A DNA stretch of 64,000 bases from Colwellia polaris (GTDB lineage Archaea; Nanohalarchaeota; Nanosalinia; Nanosalinales; Nanosalinaceae). Positions 63,918 through 64,000 of the stretch are shown piece after piece. The stretch is taken from the NCBI GenBank assembly GCA_047617785.1, contig JBLGBK010000003.1, forward strand, positions 22,853 to 86,852. The letters are read 5' to 3'. The notes under the pieces were generated by a model. The model ran no database searches and was not told the DNA's origin. It worked only from the letters and a program-made list of their open reading frames with translations. The translations under genes and the position numbers were made by a program. Numbering within the stretch: the stretch's first letter is position 1; every line of letters starts with the position of its first letter.

Positions 63918-64000
63918 CTCTTCAAAACTTCTTCTTTATTCTCTATAAACTAGGAAAACTAGAATAAGTGTTGAAAAAACTCCTAAAAGAGATCTTAAAA

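Noticed and set aside
1-64000. CRISPR array, rRNA, transposase or provirus
   Set aside because: No regularly spaced repeats, rRNA motifs or mobile-element genes seen

Overview
Gene-dense chromosomal segment of a halophilic DPANN archaeon, most likely Nanohaloarchaeota. This is inferred from the very acidic proteome, archaeal information-processing genes and a fused PriS-PriL primase. Most of the window is housekeeping: the uS2-enolase-RpoK block, the PAC2-Nop10-aIF2alpha-S27e-L44e-PyrH-GINS-primase-PCNA-RPA-TFS-RpoL block, GluRS, GatDE, thermosome, RFC, Lhr, aRF1 and ValRS. Reading outside the ORF track adds RpoK, Nop10, S27e, two Zn-finger microproteins, tRNA-Val(GAC) and a CAU-anticodon tRNA with a 91-nt BHB intron. 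Two features stand out. (1) The intron carries a 9-nt antisense element plus a D-like box placed exactly to guide 2'-O-methylation of its own tRNA's wobble C34. (2) A ~10 kb type IV pilus locus encodes seven class III signal peptide proteins, the last carrying an apparent ILEI/PANDER (GG-type lectin) domain, a candidate host-glycan adhesin. No CRISPR array, rRNA, IS element or provirus was seen. All family calls come from motif recognition by eye, not from database searches.
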